Origin: an uncultured Chromatiaceae bacterium
GTDB lineage: Bacteria > Pseudomonadota > Gammaproteobacteria > Steroidobacterales > GCA-2729495
DNA: 64,000 bases
Assembly: GCA_964384525.1 (NCBI GenBank)
Contig: CAYLKO010000002.1
Location: 35,168-99,167, forward strand
Direction of reading: 5' to 3'
Shown here: one piece after another, positions 46,397-56,262 of the stretch
How positions within the stretch are numbered: position 1 is the first letter of the stretch
How the letters are laid out: every line of letters begins with the position of its first letter
Position numbers and translations under genes: made by a program
The notes under the pieces: generated by a model
The model's database searches: none
Told to the model about the DNA's origin: nothing
The model's input: only the letters and a program-made list of their open reading frames with translations

Positions 46397-47095
46397 ATGG
46401 CAGTACGCAGAATTCTTGTGGTCGATGATGAAGCTCCGATCCGGCAGATGATTGCCTTCAATCTGACCCGTGCCGGTTTTGCGGTGGATGAAGCCGGCGA
46501 CAGCCTGGCCGCCCGCGGGCAGATCGCCGACCAGCGCCCGGACCTCCTGCTGGTGGACTGGATGCTGCCCGACTCCAGCGGCCTGGAGCTGACCCGGACG
46601 TTGCGCCGTGACGAGGCCACCCGGGAAATTCCGATCATCATGCTGACGGCGCGGGCCGAGGAGCAGGACAAGATCATCGGCCTCGATGGTGGCGTTGATG
46701 ATTACATCACCAAGCCGTTCTCGCCGCGCGAATTGTTGTCGCGAATCAACGCGGTATTGCGCCGGGTTGTACGCCCGGGTGATGAACCCAGGATTGCCGG
46801 TGACCTGTGCCTGGATCCCGTCAGCCACCGGACTTTCGTCGGGACCGAGGAGGTTCTGCTGGGGCCTACCGAGTTCCGGCTGCTCAAATTCCTGATGGAG
46901 AATGCCGATCGTGTCTACAGTCGTACGCAATTGCTCGATGCGGTGTGGGGGCGGAATGTTTATGTGGAGGAGAGGACCGTCGACGTCCACATCCGCCGGC
47001 TGCGCAAACCGCTGGAAGCATTCAAGGCAGATCGGTATATCCATACGGTCAGGGGTGCGGGTTACCGCTTTTCTGCACGTCCTGCCCCGGCTTGA
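46397..47095 (+). CDS. phoB: phosphate regulon response regulator PhoB (OmpR family)
   Basis: RILVVDDEAPIRQMI, LLLVDWMLPDSSG, IIMLTARAEEQDKIIGLDGGVDDYITKPFSPRELLSRI, and a winged-helix C-terminus (VDVHIRRLRK...IHTVRGAGYRF). Followed by phoR. Confidence 0.9.
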   Translation: MAVRRILVVDDEAPIRQMIAFNLTRAGFAVDEAGDSLAARGQIADQRPDLLLVDWMLPDSSGLELTRTLRRDEATREIPIIMLTARAEEQDKIIGLDGGVDDYITKPFSPRELLSRINAVLRRVVRPGDEPRIAGDLCLDPVSHRTFVGTEEVLLGPTEFRLLKFLMENADRVYSRTQLLDAVWGRNVYVEERTVDVHIRRLRKPLEAFKADRYIHTVRGAGYRFSARPAPA

Positions 47096-47103
47096 CGCTG
47101 GCC

Positions 47104-48405
47104 ATGCCTAAGGTCTGGACCTGGACGCTGTTCCGTTACGGGGTTGCCTTGCTGGCAGGCGCCGCCATCGGTCTCTTTTATGGGCATCCGGAAGCCGGTG
47201 CGCTGCTGGTGGCGCTGGGGCTTTTGGTCTGGCAGCTGTACAACCTGTATCTGCTGGAGCGCTGGCTCTCGACCGGGCGCATCGACGAGATCCCGGATGG
47301 CGATGGGGTGTGGCCGCCGGTCTTCGCCAAGATCCAGTTCACCAAGAACAAGGCCAAGCGTCGCGGGCGACGCTTTCGCAAGCTGGTCAAGGACCTGCGG
47401 GCTTCAACTGAAGCGTTTCCTGATGGTGGCGTGATCCTGAATTCCCGCCACGAGATCATCAATTACAACCAGGCGGCGCGGGTGTTGCTGGGGCTCAAAA
47501 CGCGCCGTGACCGGGGCCTGCGCATCGAAAACCTGCTGCGCTATCCGGATTTCGTCGACTACCTCTACAACCCGCGCGGCCGGGAGTCGGTGGAAATTTC
47601 CTCGCCGATCGGGGGGGATACCTGGCTCTCCTGCCGGCTGATTCCCTATGGCCCGGACCAGAACCTGCTGATGATCCGGGACATCAGCCAACGGGTGAAG
47701 ATCGAGAAGATCCGGCGGGATTTCGTGGCCAATGCCTCCCACGAGTTGCGCACGCCCCTGACGGTGATCATGGGGTATCTGGATGCACTCGGCGATGACC
47801 CCGCACTGTCACCGGGGTGGCGGGAGCCGATTCAGGTGATGCATGACCAGGCGCTGCGCATGTGCCGTCTGGTCGATGATCTCCTGCAGTTGTCCAGGCT
47901 TGAGTCCAGTCAGTCGGTGCCCAGGAGCCGGGTCGTCGATGTGGCGACCATTCTGGCAACGGCCCGGCAGGCGGCATTGGCCCTGCCGGAACATCCGGAG
48001 ACGATCGAAATCAAGCTGAACAGCACCGCCGGGCTGCTGGGTGAGGAGACCGAGCTGCAGTCAGTGGTGTCGAATCTGGTGTTGAATGCCGCCCGCTACA
48101 CGCCGATGACTGGCCGGATCCTCATCAGCTGGGCGGTGGACGAGGAGGGCGGCCATCTCACGGTGGAGGATACGGGCATCGGCATTGCCGACGAGGAAAT
48201 ACCCCGGGTGACGGAACGGTTTTACCGTACCGACGCAGGCCGTGCCCGGCAGCAGGGAGGCACCGGCCTTGGGCTTGCCATCGTCAAGCATGCTTTGCGG
48301 CGACACAATGCCGAACTGGAAATCCGCAGCAGACTGGGGCACGGGAGCACCTTCATCTGTCACTTTCCGCAGGATCGGCTGTTCCTTCCTGATAAGCTGG
48401 ATTGA
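47104..48405 (+). CDS. phoR: phosphate regulon sensor histidine kinase PhoR
   Basis: N-terminal TM pair, PAS-like region, H-box FVANASHELRTPLTVI, N-box NLVLNAARYT, G-boxes EDTGIGI and GTGLGLAIVKH. Confidence 0.9.
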   Translation: MPKVWTWTLFRYGVALLAGAAIGLFYGHPEAGALLVALGLLVWQLYNLYLLERWLSTGRIDEIPDGDGVWPPVFAKIQFTKNKAKRRGRRFRKLVKDLRASTEAFPDGGVILNSRHEIINYNQAARVLLGLKTRRDRGLRIENLLRYPDFVDYLYNPRGRESVEISSPIGGDTWLSCRLIPYGPDQNLLMIRDISQRVKIEKIRRDFVANASHELRTPLTVIMGYLDALGDDPALSPGWREPIQVMHDQALRMCRLVDDLLQLSRLESSQSVPRSRVVDVATILATARQAALALPEHPETIEIKLNSTAGLLGEETELQSVVSNLVLNAARYTPMTGRILISWAVDEEGGHLTVEDTGIGIADEEIPRVTERFYRTDAGRARQQGGTGLGLAIVKHALRRHNAELEIRSRLGHGSTFICHFPQDRLFLPDKLD

Positions 48406-48439
48406 ATCCGGGCGCCCATGTGAGGCAAGGAGCACGCTG

Positions 48440-49180
48440 ATGGAATCCGAAGGCTTCAGTCACCACATTTCGCGACGGTTCAACACCGAGCTCGAGAATC
48501 TGCGCAGCGATGTGCTGCGCATGGGCGGGCTGGTGGAGCAGCACCTGAGCATGGCGGTCGAAGCCATCGTGTCCGGCGACAGCGAGTTGGGCCTCAAGGC
48601 TGCCAGCGACGACCACAAGATCAACAAGCTCGAGGTGGCCATCGACGAGGAATGCCGGAAGCTGCTGGCCACGCGCATGCCGGCAGCCGGCGACCTGCGG
48701 CTGATCGTCATGGTCATCAAGACCATCACCGATCTGGAGCGCGTCGGCGACGAGGCCTCGAAGATCGGCTATCTGGCCTCGCACCTGGCAACCGATCGGG
48801 AGCGGTACGCGGCCTATACCGAGCTGAACGCCCTCGGTGAGCATGTGCAGGAGATGCTGCACGACGCTCTCGACGCCTTTTCCCGCATGGATGTCGACGA
48901 CGCCATGGCCGTCATCGAGGAAGACAAGCTGGTGGATGAGGAATACGACCAGATCCTCCGCCAGTGCATTTCCCTGATGATGGAAGATCCGCGCACCGTC
49001 CGCCGGTTCATGGATGTCAGCTGGGTGGCGCGCGCCCTCGAACGCATCGGCGACCACGCCACGAATATCGCGGAATACGTGGTCTACCTGGTGCATGGCC
49101 GGGACATACGGCATACGGAGCACGAGGTCATACGCGAGGAGCTGCAGGCGGCCAGGGACAATCGCCCGACGACCGACTGA
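48440..49180 (+). CDS. phoU: phosphate signalling complex protein PhoU
   Basis: HISRRFNTELENLRSDVLRMGG, and the duplicated motif DLERVGDEA / ALERIGDHATNIAE; ~246 aa. Confidence 0.9.
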   Translation: MESEGFSHHISRRFNTELENLRSDVLRMGGLVEQHLSMAVEAIVSGDSELGLKAASDDHKINKLEVAIDEECRKLLATRMPAAGDLRLIVMVIKTITDLERVGDEASKIGYLASHLATDRERYAAYTELNALGEHVQEMLHDALDAFSRMDVDDAMAVIEEDKLVDEEYDQILRQCISLMMEDPRTVRRFMDVSWVARALERIGDHATNIAEYVVYLVHGRDIRHTEHEVIREELQAARDNRPTTD

Positions 49181-49252
49181 AATAATTCCTTAACATTCGC
49201 TCCGTATGCTGCCTCCGGTGGAGCCCGTCGGGCTTTTCGATCGGAGATCAGG

Positions 49253-50326
49253 GTGAGTTGCGTGCGCACTGTGTGGAGCGTGTTTCCCGCTCTGTGGCTG
49301 ATCGTCATGCTGGTGATCGGCAGCAGCCCGGCCTTTGCGCAATCCGCCCGGGATTACATCAGCATCGTTGGCTCCTCCACGGTCTACCAGTTTTCCACTG
49401 TTGTGGCCAAGCGCTTTGGCAAGACCACCCCGTTCAAGACCCCGAAGGTCGAAGCCACCGGCACCGGTGGCGGCTTCAAGCTGTTCTGCGCGGGAATCGG
49501 CGTGCCGTATCCCGACATCGTCAATGCCTCGCGGGCCATGAAAGCCAGTGAACGGGCCGACTGCACGGCCCATGGCGTGCGGGATATTGCCGAGATCCGG
49601 ATCGGCTATGACGGCATCGTGCTGGCCGAATCCGTCGTGGCGCCGGGGCTGTCGCTCAGGTTGCGCGATATCTACCTGGCTCTGGCGAAGCAGGTGCCGG
49701 ACCCGAAGGGCTCGTCGACGCTGATCGCCAATCCCTACACCACCTGGCGGGACGTGAATCCCGCGCTGCCCGCCGAGACCATCGAGGTTCTGGGGCCACC
49801 ACCGACATCCGGCACCCGCGACGCCTTCGTTGAACTGGCCATGGAGGGTGGCTGCAAGACCTTTCCCTGGATCGAGGCGCTCAAGGCCGGCAACGAAAAC
49901 CGCTTCAGACAGATCTGCCATACCATTCGCGAGGATGGCCGGTTCATCGAGGCCGGCGAGAATGACAATCTGATCGTGCAGAAGCTGAAGTCCAATCCAA
50001 ATGCCGTGGGGATCTTCGGTTACAGCTTCCTCGAACAGAATCTGGGCATCGTCAAGGGAGCCTCGATCGGTGGCGAGGCCCCGACCTTCGAAAACATTGC
50101 CAGCGGCAAGTACCCGGTATCGCGACCCCTGTTCTTTTACGTCAAGAAGGCACATATAGGCTCGATTCCCGGCATTGCAGAGTTTGTTGGTGAATTCACC
50201 AGCAAAAAAGCCATGGGGGAGGAGGGCTACCTGGCGGATCGCGGACTGGTGCCGCTGCCGCCGGCGGAATATCAGACCATGGTCGAGCGGGCAGCAGCGC
50301 TTCGGCCGCCACCCGGATCCCCATGA
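49253..50326 (+). CDS. pstS: phosphate ABC transporter substrate-binding protein (PstS family)
   Basis: Signal peptide, then IVGSSTVYQFSTVVAKRF...EATGTGGGFKLFC...GYSFLEQN. GTG start at 49253. Confidence 0.85.
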   Translation: MSCVRTVWSVFPALWLIVMLVIGSSPAFAQSARDYISIVGSSTVYQFSTVVAKRFGKTTPFKTPKVEATGTGGGFKLFCAGIGVPYPDIVNASRAMKASERADCTAHGVRDIAEIRIGYDGIVLAESVVAPGLSLRLRDIYLALAKQVPDPKGSSTLIANPYTTWRDVNPALPAETIEVLGPPPTSGTRDAFVELAMEGGCKTFPWIEALKAGNENRFRQICHTIREDGRFIEAGENDNLIVQKLKSNPNAVGIFGYSFLEQNLGIVKGASIGGEAPTFENIASGKYPVSRPLFFYVKKAHIGSIPGIAEFVGEFTSKKAMGEEGYLADRGLVPLPPAEYQTMVERAAALRPPPGSP

Positions 50327-50345
50327 TTTCGGGACGCCACTGCTC

Positions 50346-51734
50346 ATGAGCCTGACCACACTGGCGCTGATTCTTGCAGCCATGACCCTGGCGGCCTTTT
50401 ATGCGGGGCGCCGCCGCGCCATCCGCGTTTCCAGCCGGGTGATGCCTGCCGTCCGACTGCATTCGCTGCCGAGGTACTACGGCTATTTCACCGCGTTGTG
50501 GTGCCTGTTGCCGACCCTCGTGCTGTTGCTCATCTGGGCCGCCTTCAGCGATGCCGTGATCACGGATCGTGTGGTGGCGTCCCTGCCGGACACCTTGCAG
50601 AACCAGACCAGGGCAGAGCTGGGCCTGACCTTGAACAGCATCCGCAATCAGGCCTCCGGGCAGATGGTGGACGAGACGCGCCGCGCCGATCTGGCCGCCG
50701 CCACCGAGTTGTACGTGAATCTCCACAGTGCCTCGCGCCAGATCCTGTCCGGTTTGGCCATCGCGGTCTCGTTCATCGGCTTCGCGATTGCGTGGCTTCG
50801 CCTGCGTCCGGCGTTCCGCGCCAGGAACCATGTGGAAACCGCGATCCGCTTCGGACTGATTGCCTCGTCTGCCGTTGCCATCCTGACGACGCTGGGCATC
50901 CTGCTGTCGGTCACCTTCGAGGCCATGCGGTTTTTCAACCAGGTGCCGTTGAGCGACTTTCTGTTCGGGCTGACCTGGAGCCCGCAAACCGCGATACGCG
51001 GCGATCAGGTCGGCTCGTCGGGGGCATTCGGGGCCGTGCCGCTGTTTGCCGGCACGCTGCTCATCTCCGGCATTGCCCTGCTGGTCGCCGTGCCGCTCGG
51101 CCTGATGACGGCCATCTATCTCACGGAATATGCCCGGCCGGCGCTGCGGCGCCTGGTGAAGCCGGTGCTGGAGGTTCTCGCCGGGATCCCCACCGTGGTG
51201 TATGGCTACTTTGCCGCGCTCACGGTGGCGCCGGTGATCCGCAATCTGGGGACTGCGCTTGGCCTGGATGTTGCGTCCGAAAGCGCCCTTGGGGCCGGCC
51301 TGGTCATGGGCGTGATGATCATTCCCTTCGTTTCGTCACTGTCCGATGACGTGATCAATGCCGTGCCGCGCGCCATGCGTGATGGCTCCTACGGTCTGGG
51401 TGCCACCAGATCCGAAACCATCAAGCGTGTGGTGCTGCCGGCAGCCCTGCCCGGCATCGTCGGCGGCGTGCTGCTGGCGGCTTCCCGTGCCATCGGCGAG
51501 ACCATGATCGTGGTCATGGCTGCCGGTCTTTCCGCCCACCTGACCGCCAACCCGCTGGAGTCGGTCACCACGGTCACCGTCCAGATCGTGACCCTGCTGG
51601 TTGGCGATCAGGAGTTCGACAGTCCGAAAACGCTGGCGGCTTTCGCCCTTGGGCTGGTGTTGTTCGTGGTGACCCTGATCCTGAACATCATTGCGCTTCA
51701 GGTAGTCCGCCGGTACCGGGAGCAATACGACTGA
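50346..51734 (+). CDS. pstC: phosphate ABC transporter permease PstC (long form)
   Basis: From MSLTTLALIL: multiple TM segments and the EAA-type loop ASRAIGETMIVVMAAG. The upstream part of the track ORF overlaps the pstS 3' end and was rejected. Confidence 0.85.
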   Translation: MSLTTLALILAAMTLAAFYAGRRRAIRVSSRVMPAVRLHSLPRYYGYFTALWCLLPTLVLLLIWAAFSDAVITDRVVASLPDTLQNQTRAELGLTLNSIRNQASGQMVDETRRADLAAATELYVNLHSASRQILSGLAIAVSFIGFAIAWLRLRPAFRARNHVETAIRFGLIASSAVAILTTLGILLSVTFEAMRFFNQVPLSDFLFGLTWSPQTAIRGDQVGSSGAFGAVPLFAGTLLISGIALLVAVPLGLMTAIYLTEYARPALRRLVKPVLEVLAGIPTVVYGYFAALTVAPVIRNLGTALGLDVASESALGAGLVMGVMIIPFVSSLSDDVINAVPRAMRDGSYGLGATRSETIKRVVLPAALPGIVGGVLLAASRAIGETMIVVMAAGLSAHLTANPLESVTTVTVQIVTLLVGDQEFDSPKTLAAFALGLVLFVVTLILNIIALQVVRRYREQYD

Positions 51735-53029
51735 TGCCGATACTTGGCCCTGAAGAAACCCGCCGGCGGGTGGATGCAAGCCTGCGTCGCCGCTATCGCA
51801 CGGAGAAGCTCTTCCGCTTCTATGGTGCGGCCTCCGTGATACTGGGCATCAGCTTTCTGATGGTGCTGTTCGTCACGGTGATCAGCAATGGTTACGGCGC
51901 ATTCTGGCAATCCTATGTGCGCCTGGAAATCCGTTTCGATGCCCCGTTGATCGATCCGGGTGATGAGAGAAATCCGGATGTGCTGGCATCAGCGGATTAT
52001 TCCCAGTTGATCAAGGCCTCGCTGCGCAGGGCCTTTCCCGAAGTACAAAGCCGGCCGGATCGCCGCAGCCTAAATGCACTGGTCAGTTCGGGGGGCGCAT
52101 TCGAGCTGCGGAAAATGGTCCTGGCAGATCCGGGCATCCTGGGGCAGACCCGGGATCTGTGGCTGCCGGTCGATGACGAGGTCAACCTGTATCTGAAAGC
52201 GGCAGACCATGCCGAAGACGAGGCGGGCGATCTGCTGCTGCTCAATGAGAAGCAGCAGGCGTGGGTGGCCCGATTGAAGGACGAAGGCAGGCTGCAACAG
52301 CGCTTCAACACCACCTTCTTCACATCGGGAGACTCGCGGGAGCCCGAACTGGCGGGCATCTGGGCTGCCACGAAGGGCTCGTTCTTCATGCTGATCGTGA
52401 CCCTTGTCCTGTCGTTTCCGCTCGGGGTTTCCGCAGCCATTTACCTGGAGGAATTTGCCCCGCGCCATTGGCTGGTGGACGTCATCGAGGTGAATGTCAA
52501 CAACCTCGCCGCCGTACCCTCCATCGTATTCGGCCTGCTGGGGCTTGCCGTATTCATCAATTTCTTCGGGTTGCCCCGGTCCGCGCCGCTGGTCGGCGGA
52601 CTGGTGCTCACCCTGATGACGCTGCCGGTGATCATCATCGCCTCCCGGGCGGCAATAAAATCCGTGCCGCCGTCCGTGCGTCAGGCTGCGCTGGGCATCG
52701 GGGCGTCGAAGATGCAGATGGTTTTTCATCATGTGCTGCCGCTGGCCCTGCCGGGCATGCTGACTGGCGCCATCATCGGCATGGCGCGCGCGCTGGGCGA
52801 ATCCGCTCCGCTGCTGATGATCGGCATGGTGGCCTTCATCGTCGAAGTGCCCAGTGGTCCGTTGAGCCCGGCAACGGCGCTGCCGGTCCAGATCTATCTG
52901 TGGGCCGACAGTCCGGAGCGGGCGTTCGTCGAACGGACCTCGGCTGCCATCATCGTCCTGCTGGCATTTCTGCTGGTCATGAATGCCGCGGCGGTCTGGC
53001 TCAGAAACCGCTTCGAGCGGCGCTGGTAG
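51734..53029 (+). CDS. pstA: phosphate ABC transporter permease PstA (long form)
   Basis: TGATG overlap with pstC. The C-terminal half carries the PstA permease core (NVNNLAAVPSIVFGLLGL, ARALGESAPLLMIG). Confidence 0.85.
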   Translation: MPILGPEETRRRVDASLRRRYRTEKLFRFYGAASVILGISFLMVLFVTVISNGYGAFWQSYVRLEIRFDAPLIDPGDERNPDVLASADYSQLIKASLRRAFPEVQSRPDRRSLNALVSSGGAFELRKMVLADPGILGQTRDLWLPVDDEVNLYLKAADHAEDEAGDLLLLNEKQQAWVARLKDEGRLQQRFNTTFFTSGDSREPELAGIWAATKGSFFMLIVTLVLSFPLGVSAAIYLEEFAPRHWLVDVIEVNVNNLAAVPSIVFGLLGLAVFINFFGLPRSAPLVGGLVLTLMTLPVIIIASRAAIKSVPPSVRQAALGIGASKMQMVFHHVLPLALPGMLTGAIIGMARALGESAPLLMIGMVAFIVEVPSGPLSPATALPVQIYLWADSPERAFVERTSAAIIVLLAFLLVMNAAAVWLRNRFERRW

Positions 53030-53045
53030 CCCCATGCCCCGGTAA

Positions 53046-53861
53046 TTGCCGATAATGCCCGACATGGAAACAACGGAAGCCACCGTGGGCGACATCACGG
53101 CCGATGATCCGGTCATCTGTGTTCGTGACGCCAATGTGTACTACGGTGACACGCATGCGTTGAAGCATGTCAGCCTGGATATTGGCCGGCATCAGGTGGT
53201 CGCGCTGATCGGCCCGTCGGGTTGCGGCAAGTCGACATTCATCCGGTGCCTGAACCGCATGAATGACACCATCGAGTCGGCCCGGGTCACGGGAGACTTC
53301 CGCATCGACAGTCAGGATATTTATGCGCGTGACACCGATGTGGTCATGTTGCGGGCCCGTGTTGGCATGGTGTTCCAGAAGCCCAATCCCTTTCCGAAAT
53401 CCATTTACGAAAATGTGGCCTATGGCCCGCGGATCCATGGGCTGGCGGCCAACCGCGCCGAACTCGATGACATCGTTTACGGCAGCCTGGAGCGGGCCGG
53501 ACTGGTTGATGAAGTGAAGGACCGGCTCGACGAGCCCGGCACCGGGCTGTCCGGCGGCCAGCAGCAGCGCTTGTGCATTGCCCGCACCATTGCCGTGAAT
53601 CCGGAAGTCATCCTCATGGACGAGCCCTGTTCGGCGCTTGATCCCATCGCGACGGCCCGCATCGAGGATCTGATCGACGAGTTGTCACGCAACTACGCCA
53701 TTGCGATCGTCACGCATTCGATGCAGCAGGCTGCCCGCGTATCGACGCGCACGGCCTATTTCCATCTGGGTCGTCTCGTCGAGGTCGGCCCGACCGACCG
53801 GATTTTCACCAACCCATCACATAAATTGACGGAGGACTATGTCACCGGTCGTTTTGGTTAG
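53046..53861 (+). CDS. pstB: phosphate ABC transporter ATP-binding protein PstB
   Basis: Walker [20 protein letters not shown], signature [13 protein letters not shown], Walker [12 protein letters not shown]. The start may be ATG 53055 or 53064. Confidence 0.9.
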   Translation: MPIMPDMETTEATVGDITADDPVICVRDANVYYGDTHALKHVSLDIGRHQVVALIGPSGCGKSTFIRCLNRMNDTIESARVTGDFRIDSQDIYARDTDVVMLRARVGMVFQKPNPFPKSIYENVAYGPRIHGLAANRAELDDIVYGSLERAGLVDEVKDRLDEPGTGLSGGQQQRLCIARTIAVNPEVILMDEPCSALDPIATARIEDLIDELSRNYAIAIVTHSMQQAARVSTRTAYFHLGRLVEVGPTDRIFTNPSHKLTEDYVTGRFG

Positions 53862-55077
53862 AGCTGCCTTTCTCGCCAGCGTCACGTTGGGCCTGCTGAC
53901 AACGGCCGCATTCGGCGCCGTCAGTGATGAGCAGGTCCAGCAGCTGATCGATCGGATCGATGCCCAGGAGCGTCGTATTGCCGAGCTGGAGAAGGCGCTG
54001 CAAAAGTACGCGGCACCAACTGCTGCCGCAACGCCGGCAGGCAGCACCCGCCCGGCAGCGAGCGGGTTGGAACGCAGCAAATTCCAGGGAGATCTGCGCC
54101 TGCGCCAGGAGAACATCGATGCAGAGGGCGCGAGCGCCGTCAGCCGCCAGCGGGTTCGGGCGCGTGCCGCGGTCACCACCCGGATTGACGATCATGTCGA
54201 GATGGGGCTTGGGCTCTCGACGGGTGGCGATAACCCGACTTCTGCCGACTTCACGCTGGGGGAGGGCTTCAGCAGGAAGGATATTGATCTGGATCTGGCC
54301 TACGTCGATTGGAATCCGGTTCCGGACATGCACCTCACCGGGGGCAAAATGCGGAACCCGTTCCACCGGCCCGGTGGCAATGGCCTGATCTGGGATGGTG
54401 ATCTGCGCCCGGAGGGCGGCAGCATCCGCTGGGACAACGGCCGCTTCTTTGCAAGCGGCGCCGGCTTCACGCCATCGGTGAAGGCCAGTGGCAGCAATTC
54501 CTGGATCTTCGGCGCCCAGCTTGGCAGCCGGATGCAGTTCTCCGATGCCCTTGTCCTGACTCTTGGCGCCAGCTACTTCGATCTCGGCGATGTCGAGGGC
54601 CAGCCGCTTTTCTACAGGCCCGACAACTCTTACGGCAACACGGTCAGCACCAATCCGGACGGCGATCTCGTCTATGCGAACGGCTATCGGGAGGCAGAGG
54701 CGTTCGCCGAGCTGGCGCTGCGGGCAGGCACGTTGCCACTCAGCCTGTTTGTGAACTATGTGAACAACACAGCCGTGGACGACTTGAACACGGGTTGGGC
54801 AGCCGGATTCATGCTGGGCGACGCAGCCAGGCAGGGCTCATGGGCAGTCAGTTACGTTTATGAAGACCTGGAAGCCGATGCCGTTCTGGGTCTGTTCACG
54901 GATTCCACTTTTGGTGGTGGTGGGACCGACGCATACGGCCACACTTTTGGCGGCACCTACGCGCTGACGGATCGAACCAACCTGCAGGTGGCCTATTTCA
55001 TCAATTGGACAGGTGAAAGTGTCGGCGTTGCGCGTCGATATGATCGCCTGCAACTGGACATCAACTTCCGATATTGA
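53839..55077 (+). CDS. outer-membrane porin of the 'putative porin' (Porin_5-like) type, probably phosphate-starvation associated
   Basis: Signal peptide [19 protein letters not shown], a coiled-coil segment ([23 protein letters not shown]), then alternating beta-strand pattern ending ...LQLDINFRY (terminal aromatic). The ATG lies inside the last 23 nt of pstB. Confidence 0.7.
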   Translation: MSPVVLVRAAFLASVTLGLLTTAAFGAVSDEQVQQLIDRIDAQERRIAELEKALQKYAAPTAAATPAGSTRPAASGLERSKFQGDLRLRQENIDAEGASAVSRQRVRARAAVTTRIDDHVEMGLGLSTGGDNPTSADFTLGEGFSRKDIDLDLAYVDWNPVPDMHLTGGKMRNPFHRPGGNGLIWDGDLRPEGGSIRWDNGRFFASGAGFTPSVKASGSNSWIFGAQLGSRMQFSDALVLTLGASYFDLGDVEGQPLFYRPDNSYGNTVSTNPDGDLVYANGYREAEAFAELALRAGTLPLSLFVNYVNNTAVDDLNTGWAAGFMLGDAARQGSWAVSYVYEDLEADAVLGLFTDSTFGGGGTDAYGHTFGGTYALTDRTNLQVAYFINWTGESVGVARRYDRLQLDINFRY

Positions 55078-55109
55078 GCCTGGAGTCCTGGAGCCTGGGG
55101 GCCGTCCAC

Positions 55110-56066
55110 CTACGCCCCGATACCCCAGCCACCCGTCTTGAATCCCAGTGGCAGGCCGGCCTCCGGCGTGAACCCGTACAGCTCCTCGGACGGCAGGGCG
55201 GCCTTGAGTATCGACCGGACTTCGAGCAGCTTTTCGAGATCGATGCCGGTCTTGAGGCCCATGGCGTCGAGCATGAACACCAGGTCTTCGGTAACGATGT
55301 TGCCGCTCGCGCCGGGTGCGTAGGGACACCCGCCGAGCCCGCCGAGTGAGCTGTCGAGCGTGGTGATGCCTTCTTCCAGGGCGGCCAGTGCGTTGGCAAG
55401 GCCGAGGCCGCGGGTGTTGTGCAGATGCACGCTGGTCAGTTTGTCCGTCCCGACTTCCTGGCGCACAAGCTTGATCAGCCGGCGTACCTGCGCAGGGTTG
55501 GCATAACCGGTGGTGTCCGACAGGCCGATTTCATTGCAGCCGGCCTCGACCAGCGCCACCGCAAGCTCGACGACCTTGGCCTCGGGCACGACGCCTTCCA
55601 GCGTGCAGCCGAAGGCCGTGGAGATATTGCCTTCGAAGCCCGGGCGACGATCCGCGGGTATCGTGCGCAGGAGTTCGATGATCCGGCGGACATCCGCCAG
55701 CACCTCGGCGTGGGTTTTCCGCAGGTTGGCCTTGCTGTGGGTTTCGCTGGCGGACAGCGGGAGTGCCAGCTGATGGGCGCCTGCCGCGATCGCATTTTCG
55801 GCACCTTTGAAGTTTGGCACGAGCGCCAGCACCGTGAGCCCCGGGATGGTCCGTGCAAACGCGACAACTTCGGCGGCATCGGCCATCTGCGGCAGCAGTC
55901 TCGCCGGCACGAAGGAGCAGACCTCGATCTCGCGGACGCCGGCAGCCGCCTCGGCAGCAATCCAGGCCTTCTTGGCCGCGGTGGGCATGATCGATTTGAT
56001 GCTCTGCAGGCCGTCGCGCGGGCCCACTTCACTGACCAGTACATCGATTTCGGCAACGTTGCTCAT
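55110..56066 (-). CDS. HMG-CoA lyase family (HMGL-like) acyl-CoA lyase
   Basis: From MSNVAEIDVLVSEVGPRDGLQS...EVCSFV...LSASETHSKANL...SVHLHNTRGLGLANALAALEEG..LDSSLGGLGGCPYAPGASGN, the full HMGL signature. Confidence 0.85.
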   Translation of the reverse strand: MSNVAEIDVLVSEVGPRDGLQSIKSIMPTAAKKAWIAAEAAAGVREIEVCSFVPARLLPQMADAAEVVAFARTIPGLTVLALVPNFKGAENAIAAGAHQLALPLSASETHSKANLRKTHAEVLADVRRIIELLRTIPADRRPGFEGNISTAFGCTLEGVVPEAKVVELAVALVEAGCNEIGLSDTTGYANPAQVRRLIKLVRQEVGTDKLTSVHLHNTRGLGLANALAALEEGITTLDSSLGGLGGCPYAPGASGNIVTEDLVFMLDAMGLKTGIDLEKLLEVRSILKAALPSEELYGFTPEAGLPLGFKTGGWGIGA

Positions 56067-56262
56067 GCAAATATTCCTGGCCAGATATTTCTGGAATGGA
56101 TCACGGGCCCAATGGGGGCGGCTGCAGCCCGCAATTGTAGGCTGCAATTTCTATATGGGGGCGTGGTGGGCGATAATCCAGCCAGCGCGTGGCTGAGGCG
56201 ATTTCCGTGATCGTGGTTGGCCGGTATTCCGACTGAAGGTGTTTTGACAAAAGGTTGCAGGC

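Noticed and set aside
49181-49252. Search for an E. coli-type Pho box upstream of pstS (and at 46324-46396 upstream of phoB)
   Set aside because: No convincing CTGTCAT-N4-CTGTCAT direct repeat was visible by eye. I do not claim a PhoB site without a motif scan.
49190-50383. 397-aa minus-strand ORF
   Set aside because: It is antisense to pstS, and the PstS reading frame is clearly the genuine one.
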